Positions 26,824-36,898 are shown, counted from the first letter of the stretch. The stretch is 64,000 bases of DNA from Candidatus Gastranaerophilales bacterium (GCA_905235155.1 CAJOKJ010000014.1:247-64246), one strand, 5' to 3'. Translations and numbers: made by a program. The notes: generated from the sequence alone by a model not told the origin.

Positions 26824-27456
26824 ATGAGCAAAACAACTAATTATACTACCCCTTATGCTAACGGAAGTTACAGCTTAAATGGTGAAAAAAAAGCCTCAAC
26901 CAAAAAAAGAGGCAGTACTGTTTATGGTGAATATGAAATGAATGAGTATGAAAAAGCATTGTATGATTATGCCCAAAAAACTCTTGCAGAAGTAGTGCCA
27001 AATGTTAATACATTTTCAACAGATACATTAAATAACATTCAGGCACAACTTGACGCATATCAAAATCAAGGTATGCAATCCATAAATAATCTTTATACTC
27101 CTTTATTGAATAATTTAAAAACGGATATTGCTTCAAGATTTGGTAATTTAGATAATTCAATGTTTTTAAATAATTTAAACAGCATTGAAAATGTAAGAAG
27201 TAATGCAATGGCTCAGCTGGCAGAAAATTTGCTTGTAAAGCAAAATGAATTAGTTAATAATGAACTTGCTAACAGATACAATTTTATCAATTTATTAAAT
27301 AATCTTCAAAATCAAGGTAATTCAAATGCTTTAAATACTTTATCCGCTGCATTAAATCTTGCAAACAGTGTAAAAGGAATGACAACAAACGCTTCTTCAC
27401 AAAGTTCTGCATTAAATTTGCAATCGATGCTTGGTTTAATGAGTTCGTTTTTATAA
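26824..27456 (+). CDS. Asn/Leu/Gln/Ser-rich low-complexity protein, function unknown
   Basis: Start trimmed to MSKTTNY (GAAAGGAAA SD), since the track ORF begins at TTG 26737. Predicted coiled/helical N-L-Q-rich sequence. A terminator follows. Confidence 0.55.
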   Translation: MSKTTNYTTPYANGSYSLNGEKKASTKKRGSTVYGEYEMNEYEKALYDYAQKTLAEVVPNVNTFSTDTLNNIQAQLDAYQNQGMQSINNLYTPLLNNLKTDIASRFGNLDNSMFLNNLNSIENVRSNAMAQLAENLLVKQNELVNNELANRYNFINLLNNLQNQGNSNALNTLSAALNLANSVKGMTTNASSQSSALNLQSMLGLMSSFL

Positions 27457-27462
27457 AATGCA

Positions 27463-27491
27463 GGGCGGTATTTAACCGCCCGTTTGTTTTT
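27463..27491 (+). terminator. Intrinsic terminator
   Basis: GGGCGGT-attta-ACCGCCC followed by GTTTGTTTTT. Confidence 0.8.
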
Positions 27492-27505
27492 GATATATTA
27501 AAGTT

Positions 27506-28837
27506 ATGAATATTATACAAGAATTTGATACAATTACGGCAATATCTACACCGCTTGGGACAGGCGGAGTTGGAGTTATTAGAATATCAGGTGAAAAAAG
27601 TTTTAATATAACAGAAAAAATTTTTACCGGTAATATAATTCCGAGAATGATTTGTCATGGTTGGATTACCGACAATGGCAAAAAAATAGATGAGGTTGTT
27701 GTTTTACCTTTTAAAAATCCTAATAGTTATACAGGTGAAGATGTTATTGAAATTCAATGTCATGGCGGAGTTAATGTTGTAAAAAATATTCTTGAAATTG
27801 TCCTAAAAAATGGGGCAAGAATGGCTGAAAGAGGAGAATTTACAAAAAGAGCCTTTTTAAATAAAAAACTTGACCTTTCACAAGCCGAAGCAGTGGCTGA
27901 TTTAATTCATTCAAAAACACAAAATTTTGCAATTCAATCTGCAAAAAATTTATCAGGTTTTCTTTCTGAAAAAGTTAATGAGATAAAAAAAGAAATTTTT
28001 GAAACATTGTCAAAAATTGTTGCAGGAATAGATTTTCCGGAAGATGTAAAAGAACCTGAATATGAAGATTTAATGAAAGATTTTGAGCATCAAATAAATA
28101 GTATTGATGAAATTTTAGACAATGCAAAATCAAGTAATATTATGCGTCAAGGGATAAAAATTGCGATTGTAGGAAAACCAAATGTTGGCAAATCTTCATT
28201 GTTTAATACACTTTTAAGTCTTGATAGAGCAATAGTAACTGAAATTGCAGGCACTACAAGAGATGTTTTAACGGAAACTCTTGATTTGGGTATACCTGTA
28301 ACATTAATTGATACTGCCGGTATAAGAGAAGATGAAAATATTGATAAAGTTGAAGAAATAGGTATTGAATACTCAAAACAAGCAGCTAAAGAAGCGGATT
28401 TAGTGTTATTTTTATATGATTTATCTCAAGATTTGAATGATGCCGATAAAATTATTTTAGAATTTATAAAAGATAAAAAACATCTAATTATTGCAAATAA
28501 ATGTGATTTATCAGATAAAAAGCCTGAAAATACAGTTTTAATTTCGGCTAAAGAAAATTTGGGTATAAGCGAATTAAAACAAAAAATTAAAGAGATTATT
28601 TTGGAATTTTCTCCTGAAGATACAGAGTTTGTAACTAATAACCGTCAGCAAGACTGCCTTGAAAAAGCAAGAGAAAGTCTTACACAAGCTTATATGGCTG
28701 CAACGATTCATGAATTGCAGGATTTAATTTCAATAGATGTAAAACAGGCTCTTTTATGTTTGGATGAAATAACAGGAGAAGTCATCACCGATGACATTTT
28801 GAATAATATTTTTGATAATTTTTGCATTGGTAAATAG
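27506..28837 (+). CDS. mnmE: tRNA modification GTPase MnmE
   Basis: TIAAISTPLGTGGVGVIRISG, G-domain GKPNVGKSSLFN ... DTAGIR ... NKCD, and a C-terminal CIGK motif. Confidence 0.92.
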   Translation: MNIIQEFDTITAISTPLGTGGVGVIRISGEKSFNITEKIFTGNIIPRMICHGWITDNGKKIDEVVVLPFKNPNSYTGEDVIEIQCHGGVNVVKNILEIVLKNGARMAERGEFTKRAFLNKKLDLSQAEAVADLIHSKTQNFAIQSAKNLSGFLSEKVNEIKKEIFETLSKIVAGIDFPEDVKEPEYEDLMKDFEHQINSIDEILDNAKSSNIMRQGIKIAIVGKPNVGKSSLFNTLLSLDRAIVTEIAGTTRDVLTETLDLGIPVTLIDTAGIREDENIDKVEEIGIEYSKQAAKEADLVLFLYDLSQDLNDADKIILEFIKDKKHLIIANKCDLSDKKPENTVLISAKENLGISELKQKIKEIILEFSPEDTEFVTNNRQQDCLEKARESLTQAYMAATIHELQDLISIDVKQALLCLDEITGEVITDDILNNIFDNFCIGK

Positions 28838-28855
28838 TTGTGGTAGAATAATGAT

Positions 28856-29497
28856 ATGTTTACAGGAATTATAGAAGAAGTCGGAATTGTAAAAAGTTTT
28901 AAATTTATTTCTGAAAATGCAGAAATTTCTGTTAATTGCTCAAAAGTTCTTGAAGATACAAAAATAGGTGATTCAATTGCAATTAATGGTGTTTGTCAGA
29001 CTGTTACAGATATCACTGAAACGGGGTTTAGAGCGGAAGTATCAAAAGAAACTTTAAGAGTTACAAATTTTTCTGATTTACAATCAAGTGATAAAGTTAA
29101 CCTTGAAAGAGCATTAACCCTAAATGAACGTATTGGTGGTCATATTGTTTCAGGACATGTCGACAATGTTGCAAAATTTGTATCAGCAGAAAAAAGTAAC
29201 GATTTTTATAATTTAAAATTTGATGTTGATGAAGAGACGGCAAGATATATTGTTAAAAAAGGCTCTATAACTTTGAATGGTATAAGTCTTACGGTGGCAG
29301 ATATGAGCGGTAAAATATTAAAAGTTGCTGTTATTCCTCACACTTACGAAAATACAAACTTGTCAAAATTAAAACAAGGTCAAAATGTTAATGTAGAAAC
29401 AGATGTTTTTGCAAAATACATTGAAAAATTTTTATTTAACGAACACACAACATCAATGATTACACAAGATTTTTTAAAAGAAAACGGATTTATGTAA
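28856..29497 (+). CDS. ribE: Riboflavin synthase (alpha chain)
   Basis: MFTGIIEEVG ... SIAINGVCQTV ... duplicated lumazine-binding repeat (ITLNGISLTV). Confidence 0.92.
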   Translation: MFTGIIEEVGIVKSFKFISENAEISVNCSKVLEDTKIGDSIAINGVCQTVTDITETGFRAEVSKETLRVTNFSDLQSSDKVNLERALTLNERIGGHIVSGHVDNVAKFVSAEKSNDFYNLKFDVDEETARYIVKKGSITLNGISLTVADMSGKILKVAVIPHTYENTNLSKLKQGQNVNVETDVFAKYIEKFLFNEHTTSMITQDFLKENGFM

Positions 29498-30703
29498 TGG
29501 ATAAATTTCAATTTGATAAAATAGAAGATGCGATAAAAGATTTTAAAAATGGAAAGCCTATAATTGTGGCAGATGATGGACAGAGAAAACGAAGGTGATT
29601 TACTTTGTTCTGCTGAATGTATAACTCCTGAAATAATTAATTTTATGGCAAGGGAATGCAGAGGTTTAATTTGTCTTGCTATTTCAAATGAAATAGCTCA
29701 AAATCTTGATTTGCCACAAATGGTTGAAAATAATACCGAGAAAATGCGAACAGCTTTTACTTTAAGTGTTGATGCGGCAGAAAGATTTGGTGTAACAACC
29801 GGAATATCTGCTTTTGACAGAGCAAAAACAGTAGAAGTCGCTATTGCAAAAAACGCACAACCTCATGATTTAAGAAGACCGGGTCATGTATTTCCTTGTG
29901 TTGCAAGAAAAGGTGGTGTTTTAACAAGAATAGGACATACAGAAGCATGTGTAGATATGGCAATACTTTCAGGACATAGACCTGCCGGTGTAATGTGTGA
30001 AATAATGAATGAAGACGGTACTATGGCTCGCAGGGATGATTTAAGAGCTTTCGCTGATAAGCATGGTTTTAAATTTATCTCTGTTTCAGAACTTGTTGCA
30101 TACAGGTTACAATATGAAAAATTAATTGTTCGTGAAGCTGAGGCATTTTTACCTACAAAATTTGGTGATTTTAGAATTTACGGCTATGTTAATAAAATCA
30201 ACGGGCATGAACACGTTGCACTTGTAAAAGATGACGGTAGTAACAAAATTCCTTTGATAAGAGTACATTCGGAATGTTTAACTGGAGATGTTTTTCACAG
30301 TTTAAAATGTGATTGTAATTCTCAATTACATAGTGCATTAAAAATGATTGAAGAATATGGCAAAGGTGCTGTTGTATATATGCATGACCACGAAGGCAGA
30401 GGTATTGGACTTGTTAATAAAATAAAGGCTTACGCATTGCAAGAAAAGGGTCAAGATACAATTGAAGCAAATATTTCTTTAGGATTTAAAGAAGATTTAC
30501 GAGATTATGGTGTAGGTGCTCAAATTATACGTGATATAGGTTTTACAACTTTTAATTTAATTACAAACAATCCTAAAAAAATCATAGGTTTGGAAGGTTA
30601 TGGATTAAAAATACACGATATAGTGCATATAAAATCTGAAATTACGGAATATAATAAAAAATATCTGGATACTAAAAAAGAAAAAATGCATCATACTTTA
30701 TAA
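29497..30703 (+). CDS. ribBA: Bifunctional DHBP synthase / GTP cyclohydrolase II, with an apparent frameshift near codon 27
   Basis: ATG 29497 (overlapping the ribE stop, TAATG) reads MDKFQFDKIEDAIKDFKNGKPIIVADD, then hits a stop at 29596. The DRENEGDL... remainder is in the next frame (track ORF 29564-30703). The junction is GAT GAT G GAC at 29572-29581. Confidence 0.85.
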
Positions 30704-30713
30704 AGGAAGTTTT

Positions 30714-31703
30714 ATGGAAAATACAAATTACGAAGCAGTAGTACTAAACAGCAACTTGTATAAAATTTTTGCAGGTGTATACAATGATTTTCGTTCAGTT
30801 GCTTCGAATGATTATATGTTTGAATTGCCACCTCTTGAATATCAAGATTTTATAGATGCAGTTGATAAAGATTTTGTAAAATGTATTGTTTTATTAGAAA
30901 ATCATATTCCAACAGCTTTTCTTGTATATACAACTGCCATTTCAGAATCAATAGAATTAAATGTAATACACTGTTTGGGCAGTGAAGATTTGCTTACAAA
31001 AAGAAAATTATTAATAGAAAAATTCTTAAAAGAAACAGAAAAAGAACGTACTGAAAAAGTTGTATGCTATCCTCTTCTGGGTGTTCAATCAGGATTTACA
31101 AGTGATATTTCTCATTACGGATTTAAATTTGTAGGACTTGCTGTTTTAAGATTTATAATGGATAACAAAAATTCCGAAGAAATCTTAAATAGTATTGCAC
31201 AAGAACCTCAAGATGAAAGTTATAAAATTACAACTTGGGAAAATATGTATTATGATAAAGCGGTAGAAGTTATACATGAAGGTTTTAAAACTGCTTCGGA
31301 TGCTTTATTTGATACAAGATATCTGACAAAAGAAGGAACTGATGATATTTTAGATAAAATTGTAAACGGTGTTTATGGTGAATTTTTACCTGAAACAACA
31401 AGTGTTTTAATGCATAACGGAAGACCTTGCGGTTTTTGTTTCACTAATATAACAGGCGGAAAAATTGCAAATATTCCTTTGGTTTCAATTTCCGGTGAAC
31501 ATCAAGGAAAGGGACTTGCAAAGCATTTGATAAAAAAATCTGTTTTGAATTTATTAAATATGGTGCATTCAGGCAAAAGGGAATTTACGGAAGTAAATGT
31601 TTCTGCCGAAACAAATAATATTCCTGCTTTGAAAATGTACCGTCATATAGGTTTTAAAGAGGATTACAGTTATCCTCAAGCATACTTGCCCTTAAAAAAG
31701 TAA
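30714..31703 (+). CDS. GNAT-family acetyltransferase-domain protein (329 aa)
   Basis: C-terminal GEHQGKGLAKHLIKKSV ... NIPALKMYRHIGFKE is GNAT motif A/B. The N-terminal 200 aa are unassigned. Confidence 0.65.
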   Translation: MENTNYEAVVLNSNLYKIFAGVYNDFRSVASNDYMFELPPLEYQDFIDAVDKDFVKCIVLLENHIPTAFLVYTTAISESIELNVIHCLGSEDLLTKRKLLIEKFLKETEKERTEKVVCYPLLGVQSGFTSDISHYGFKFVGLAVLRFIMDNKNSEEILNSIAQEPQDESYKITTWENMYYDKAVEVIHEGFKTASDALFDTRYLTKEGTDDILDKIVNGVYGEFLPETTSVLMHNGRPCGFCFTNITGGKIANIPLVSISGEHQGKGLAKHLIKKSVLNLLNMVHSGKREFTEVNVSAETNNIPALKMYRHIGFKEDYSYPQAYLPLKK

Positions 31704-31740
31704 CTGTTAAAAAACAGTTAAATTTTGGCATATATTAAAT

Positions 31741-33850
31741 ATGGAAAATGTTAATTGGCTAAAATTAAAATTGAATGAAAAAATGATGAATTTGCAAAGT
31801 TCGAAAGCGAACGTAAATGCAGATTTGTCATCTAATAATGCTGCTACAAAAAATTTAATTCAACAAACACAAAATAACATTATTAATCAGGTTCAAAATC
31901 AAATAGTAAATCCCCAACAACTTCGTATGAACAATCTTGCAAGTATTGATAGGGCAGTTTATGTTAAAAATCTTTTAAATCTTCCAAAAAATATGGTTGA
32001 ATTATTAGTAATGGTACAAAATGAGGGTAAAAATCAAACTCAACAGGCACAAAATCAACAGCAACCAACAAATCCTCAAAATCCGCAAAATGTGTTAAAT
32101 CAAGCACAAAATCAACCTCAAACTGCTCAAAATTTGCAGCAAAATGGACTAAATCAAATTCCTAACCGTCAACAAAATACTCAAAATAATCAAAATATAG
32201 TGCAACAGCCAAATCTTCCTGTTCAAAATCAGAATACAAATACAAATTTGCAAAAATTACCTGTTATACCAACAAATCCGCAAGTTCAACCACCTGAACA
32301 ACAACAAATTCAAAATCAAACTCAACAGGTAAAAGAACAAAAACCTAATTATCAACAACAAAATCAAAATTCACATACTCCTGAAAAAACTGATGAAAAT
32401 GTACCACAAAAACAAATTCAGGCTAATAAAGAAGCTTTTACTCAACAAATGAATAATGCTAAGCAAGAAGCTTCAACTCAAATTAATAAACAAGTTCAGA
32501 CAAACCAACCTCAAGTAGCACAAAATCAGCCACAAGTACAACAACAAAATTTGAACAGACCACAGGTTCAACAGCCGCAAATTCAGCAACCTGTTGCCCA
32601 GCAGCCGACTATGCAACAACCGCAACAACAACCTGTATTAAATCAACCTGTTCAACAACAGCCGCAAACAGCCGCAAATTCAGCAACCTGTTGCCCAGCA
32701 GCCGACTATGCAACAACCGCAACAACAACCTGTATTAAATCAACCTGTTCAACAGCATAATAATTTACCAATTAATAACGGTCAAAAACCAATTCATGTT
32801 AATCAAAATTCACTAAATGAAATAAATAGAACAATACAAAATGAACATTTTAATAATGTTGAAAGTAAATCAAATCAACATAATAATTTGGTTCGTAATG
32901 ATAATTTGCGACAAGACTCATTGCAGAATGACCGTATGCCAATTTTAGATAAAGGTGAAAAATTTATTCAGAATACAAAACAAAATATTCAACAAAATGC
33001 TTTGTTTGGCCCGCATAATCAATTGCATAACAATATAAGAAACAGTATAAGACAGCCAATAATTCTTCATCAGCCGCCTCAACCGCCACCTGATATAGAA
33101 AGCCTTGAACAAATGCAAGCAAATAACTTACAAAAAACACAAGGTATGACAGCCGAAGAATTAGCACAATTTAAACAAAGAATGGCTGCCCAACTAAATG
33201 AGAATGTAAATCTTACCAGCGTATCTGCTCTTTTACAAAAGAACAGTAAATTAGCGATGAATAAAATGGTTTCGATGATGACTCTTGCAACAGCACAGGG
33301 CATGACAGATATAAAACCGCTTCAGGATACGGTAAATATTATTAATGCAAGTGTCGCTGCAACTTCACAAAATGATGCAACGCAAACTCTTAAAAATTTG
33401 ATGTTATTGTATTTGCCTTGGCTTCCTTTGCAAGAAGGTGTCGGTTTTGATTTGGAAATTGAACAAGATGAAGATTTACCGGAATCTGATACATTTATAA
33501 AAATAATGATTACAACAATAAATTTTGGTAATCTGAATGCAACAGTAAGCCTTATTACAGGTAATTCTGTTGATATTGCTATAACTTGCTCGGAAAAATT
33601 CCCGAAAAAAGAATTATTTAAAAGACTTTCAAAAGACGGTTTTCAACACTCTATGCAGACTGCAATTGATATTAAAGAACAAAAACCACAAGAACAAATT
33701 GAAACTCAAAATGCAAAAGCAAAAGTTAATCTTGCAAATGTAAATCAAGTAAATCCATATTTATTATTAATGGCACATGCAATTATTCGTCATACAATAG
33801 AACTTGATGCAACAATATCAATAGGCAAACAACCGATAGAAGATAATTAA
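31741..33850 (+). pseudogene. Gln/Pro/Asn-rich protein with a FliK-like C-terminal domain, interrupted by a 97-bp tandem duplication
   Basis: Track ORFs 31741-32760 and 32708-33850 share the duplicated text MQQPQQQPVLNQPVQQ. Removing one 97-bp unit restores one frame of about 670 aa. The C-terminal segment IMITTINFGNLNATVSLITGNSVDIAITCSEKFPKKELFKRLSKDGF resembles the FliK/Flg_hook pattern. Confidence 0.6.
32572..32754 (+). repeat. Tandem direct repeat: 86 identical bp at 97-bp period
   Basis: CAGCCGCAAATTCAGCAACCTGTTGCCCAGCAGCCGACTATGCAACAACCGCAACAACAACCTGTATTAAATCAACCTGTTCAACA occurs at 32572-32657 and 32669-32754. The period is not a multiple of 3. Confidence 0.9.
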
Positions 33851-34746
33851 GGTTCCAGCGTGTATACGTCTATTGTTTCGTTGTTTAAACTGTATTCACC
33901 CATGCCATTAATTTTGTAAGGCTGTTCTTTTAATGTAGCATATTTGTTTTTGAAATCGCCAAGAGCCATAATTTTATTTGTTTGTGCAATATTCAATAAT
34001 TTTTTTAACTTTGGAACAAAACTTTCTTTTGAATCATTTTTATTTGCAACACATACGGCAGTTTTGAGCTTGAATTTAACATTTAATGGTTTTAAAGTTT
34101 GTTGAGCTAATTTAGAAAATTCATAAATTTTATTGAAAACCTCATTACAATCATTTATATTTTCAAAAAACAGTAATGTACCATTTGTAAGTTGTTGGCT
34201 GACTACTTTAAAATTTTGGGTCATTGTTGTTCTGAATAATGAACGATACTCTACAACTTTTATATCAGTATCAATAGGTTTGTTTTCATAAGCATATTTG
34301 TCATAAATTTTTTCAATTTCAACATCATACAAAAGTGCAAATTGTTTATTTAATGCTTCAATTTTTACGGCATTTTTTTCAAGTTGTTTGTTGAATTTTT
34401 GTTCAAATCTTCTGTTACTATCCTTTTGAACTTTGTCCAGTACTTGTTCAAATTCGATAACAAAATTATGTACGTATACTATTAAACCTGCTAGAATAAG
34501 CATTTCAATTGCTGCAACAACAAACGTAAAATCAACCGGAATTATTGATAAATTAGGTTTATATATAAGGTTTTGTATAGCATATATGTAATCAAAAACA
34601 ATTTTTATATAAGATGGTAATTCTATCGTCATAAGTGTTAAAATAAAATAAATCATCGTTAATAATGCCATTAACATAAGACAAAATTGAGTAAATCTTA
34701 ATGATGTAATAATAGAACTGATAGCAAATTTTACTAATTTATACAC
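33847..34746 (-). CDS. Membrane protein (3 TM) with a possible degenerate nucleotide-cyclase-homology domain
   Basis: N-terminal hydrophobic segments. The C-terminal 170 aa follow class III cyclase secondary-structure spacing (FALLYDVEIE ... NGTLLFFEN ... KLKTAVCVANK ... YKINGMGEYSL..IDVYTLE) but lack the catalytic Asp/Asn/Arg residues. Confidence 0.4.
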   Translation of the reverse strand: MYKLVKFAISSIITSLRFTQFCLMLMALLTMIYFILTLMTIELPSYIKIVFDYIYAIQNLIYKPNLSIIPVDFTFVVAAIEMLILAGLIVYVHNFVIEFEQVLDKVQKDSNRRFEQKFNKQLEKNAVKIEALNKQFALLYDVEIEKIYDKYAYENKPIDTDIKVVEYRSLFRTTMTQNFKVVSQQLTNGTLLFFENINDCNEVFNKIYEFSKLAQQTLKPLNVKFKLKTAVCVANKNDSKESFVPKLKKLLNIAQTNKIMALGDFKNKYATLKEQPYKINGMGEYSLNNETIDVYTLEP

Positions 34747-34761
34747 AAATTATACCTCTTA

Positions 34762-36075
34762 TTATTTCTTTTTATTATTTCTTTGCGATTTTCTAAACCA
34801 ATAATAAACAGCTCTTGCAACTCTGTATGAACTGTGTCTTACAAGTCCGTCTTTATTTTCTTCAATCAATTTCTTTTCTACAATATCAACATGAATATTT
34901 TGCTTATCTAAAACGACAGGTATCTGACCGCATTGAGCATATTTTTCAGACATATTTCCGGGTAAGCTGTTGTTTACAAGCACTGCATCAATAAGTTTAT
35001 TACTTTCTGCATGTTTGTATAATGCGTTAATGTGGTCTGAAACTGTATAGTCATCTGATTCACCCGGTTGTGTCATTATATTGCAAACATATATTTTCTT
35101 AGCATTGGATTTAATGATTTCTTCTGAAATTTCTTTTACGAGCAAATTAGGAATTACACTTGTGTAAAGACTTCCCGGCCCTAATATAATTAAATCAGCA
35201 TCTTTAATTGCTTCAATAACAGTACTTAAGGCTTTACAATCAGAAGGTTCTATAAATAATCTTTTAATTTTTTTGTGTGCTTCCGGAATATCTGATTCGC
35301 CTCTTACAATTGAACCATCTTCATATTCTGCACCTAAACGCATATCGTCTAATGTGGAAGGCAGTACTCGTCCTCTGATAGAAAGTACATTTGAAGAAGC
35401 TTTAATAGCACTTACCATATTACCTGTGATTGAGCAAAGTGCAGTTAAAAATAAGTTTCCGAAACTATGACCTTCTAACCCTTCACCCGATTTAAATCTA
35501 TATTGAAATAATTTTGTAACTAAATCTTCGTCATCTGCCAACGCTGCAATACAGTTTCTGATGTCACCCGGAGGTAATACACCAAGTTCTTCTCTTAATC
35601 GTCCTGAACTTCCTCCGTCATCACCAACGGTTACAACGGCTGTAATATTATTGGTAATTTTTTTAATACCTTTTAAAAGCATTGATAATCCTGTACCACC
35701 GCCAACAGCAACAATTTTTGGGCCTCTGTTTAATTTTCTTCTTGTATATAATGTTTCTAAAAGTGTACTTTCTTCTTTACCGTTATGCAAATCTAATATT
35801 GAAAGATTTGTTTTTTTCCAGCCTTTGAAAAATAAAAATGCACCAATAAGTGTTATTACAACTGATAAAATATCCGTTGGAACTGTCATTGCTATTTTTC
35901 TTATAAATTCCATTATGAAATATACAGGGCGTAGGTTAAATAATATCATTAAGCCTATTGTTATTAGCAAAGAACCCAAAAATATTAATGCAAACCATCT
36001 TTTAACTTCCAATCCGGGTAAAAGCCAGCCTGCTTCTTTTATTTTATCTCTAAATGTATCTCTTATCTTATTCAT
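34762..36075 (-). CDS. YvcK/CofD-like (UPF0052, gluconeogenesis-factor family) protein with an N-terminal two-TM extension
   Basis: IVAVGGGTGLSMLLKGIK ... VVTVGDDGGSSGRLREELGVLPPGDIRNCIAAL. Residues 25-85 form two hydrophobic helices. Confidence 0.85.
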   Translation of the reverse strand: MNKIRDTFRDKIKEAGWLLPGLEVKRWFALIFLGSLLITIGLMILFNLRPVYFIMEFIRKIAMTVPTDILSVVITLIGAFLFFKGWKKTNLSILDLHNGKEESTLLETLYTRRKLNRGPKIVAVGGGTGLSMLLKGIKKITNNITAVVTVGDDGGSSGRLREELGVLPPGDIRNCIAALADDEDLVTKLFQYRFKSGEGLEGHSFGNLFLTALCSITGNMVSAIKASSNVLSIRGRVLPSTLDDMRLGAEYEDGSIVRGESDIPEAHKKIKRLFIEPSDCKALSTVIEAIKDADLIILGPGSLYTSVIPNLLVKEISEEIIKSNAKKIYVCNIMTQPGESDDYTVSDHINALYKHAESNKLIDAVLVNNSLPGNMSEKYAQCGQIPVVLDKQNIHVDIVEKKLIEENKDGLVRHSSYRVARAVYYWFRKSQRNNKKK

Positions 36076-36106
36076 CTTCCGTTACCTTTAAATTTATTTT
36101 TTAAAT

Positions 36107-36898
36107 TTATACCCAACCTGAATTTTTTGCTTTTATATAATTTACAGGCTCGGGAGTAATGATTTCTCTTGCTGTTTTTATTATTTCAAGCGAATTTTCA
36201 TATTTGTTTGTAAAGTGAATTGTATCAGCATTTACAATGGTTTTTCCGCCTAAATTATTATCAATTTCGCTTGTTGAAAGTAGATGTTTTAATCTGTTAA
36301 TATTGAAATCAAAATTGGAGTTATCTTTTGCTGAAAAATCTATTATACCTTCTGCTGTATAAGTTTTGTCAAGAAAAATCTCTTGTGCAACTTTAATATC
36401 CGCATATTCTCCGACCTTTTGAGTAACATCACCTGAGGCACCATAATAAACCAGCCAAGCAGAGCATTTTTTTATTGCTTTTGCAATGGCACTTGCAAAT
36501 GTAAAATCGGTAGCCGCTTGCTTATACATTGCCCCGTGCGGTCTTACGTGTTCTATTTCAAGACCGAATGTTTTTGCAAAAGATATTATTGCACCAACTT
36601 GATAAATAACTAATGCTTCGATTTCTTCTTCTGAAAGTTGTGTTTCACGGTATCCAAAGCCTTGAATGTCATCAAATCCGATATGAGCACCTATCACAAT
36701 ATTTTTTTCTTTTGCTTCCATTAATGCTTTTTTTATAATAAGTGGGTCGCCTGCATGAAAACCGCATGAAATATTTACAGAACTAACGTAATCAAGCAAT
36801 TTATATTCGGCATTATTCTTGTATATCCCAAAACTTTGTGCTAAGTCGCAGTTAAAATCAATACTTTTTATTTGTTTTCTTTCTATTATTTCTTGCAT
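36107..36898 (-). CDS. pxpA: LamB/YcsF family protein (5-oxoprolinase subunit A type)
   Basis: DFNCDLAQSFGIY ... SSVNISCGFHAGDP ... IGAHIGFDDIQGFGYRE. No pxpB/pxpC is adjacent. Confidence 0.8.
   Translation of the reverse strand: MQEIIERKQIKSIDFNCDLAQSFGIYKNNAEYKLLDYVSSVNISCGFHAGDPLIIKKALMEAKEKNIVIGAHIGFDDIQGFGYRETQLSEEEIEALVIYQVGAIISFAKTFGLEIEHVRPHGAMYKQAATDFTFASAIAKAIKKCSAWLVYYGASGDVTQKVGEYADIKVAQEIFLDKTYTAEGIIDFSAKDNSNFDFNINRLKHLLSTSEIDNNLGGKTIVNADTIHFTNKYENSLEIIKTAREIITPEPVNYIKAKNSGWV

Noticed and set aside
28838-28855. Expected FMN riboswitch upstream of ribE/ribBA and TPP riboswitch upstream of thiL (5278-5490).
   Set aside because: ribE follows mnmE by only 18 nt. The 213-nt region upstream of thiL is almost pure A/T and shows no conserved riboswitch core (for example CUGAGA for TPP) or stable helices that I can see.
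31704-31740. AACTGTT-aaaa-AACAGTT hairpin after the GNAT gene as a terminator.
   Set aside because: It has only a 7-bp A/T-rich stem without a U-tract, which is too weak to annotate.
23345-32765. Both unusual direct repeats in the window (the tRNA 5' duplicate and the Q-rich gene duplication) have a 97-bp period.
   Set aside because: The two repeat units share no sequence. I regard the identical period as coincidence rather than evidence for a common element or mechanism.
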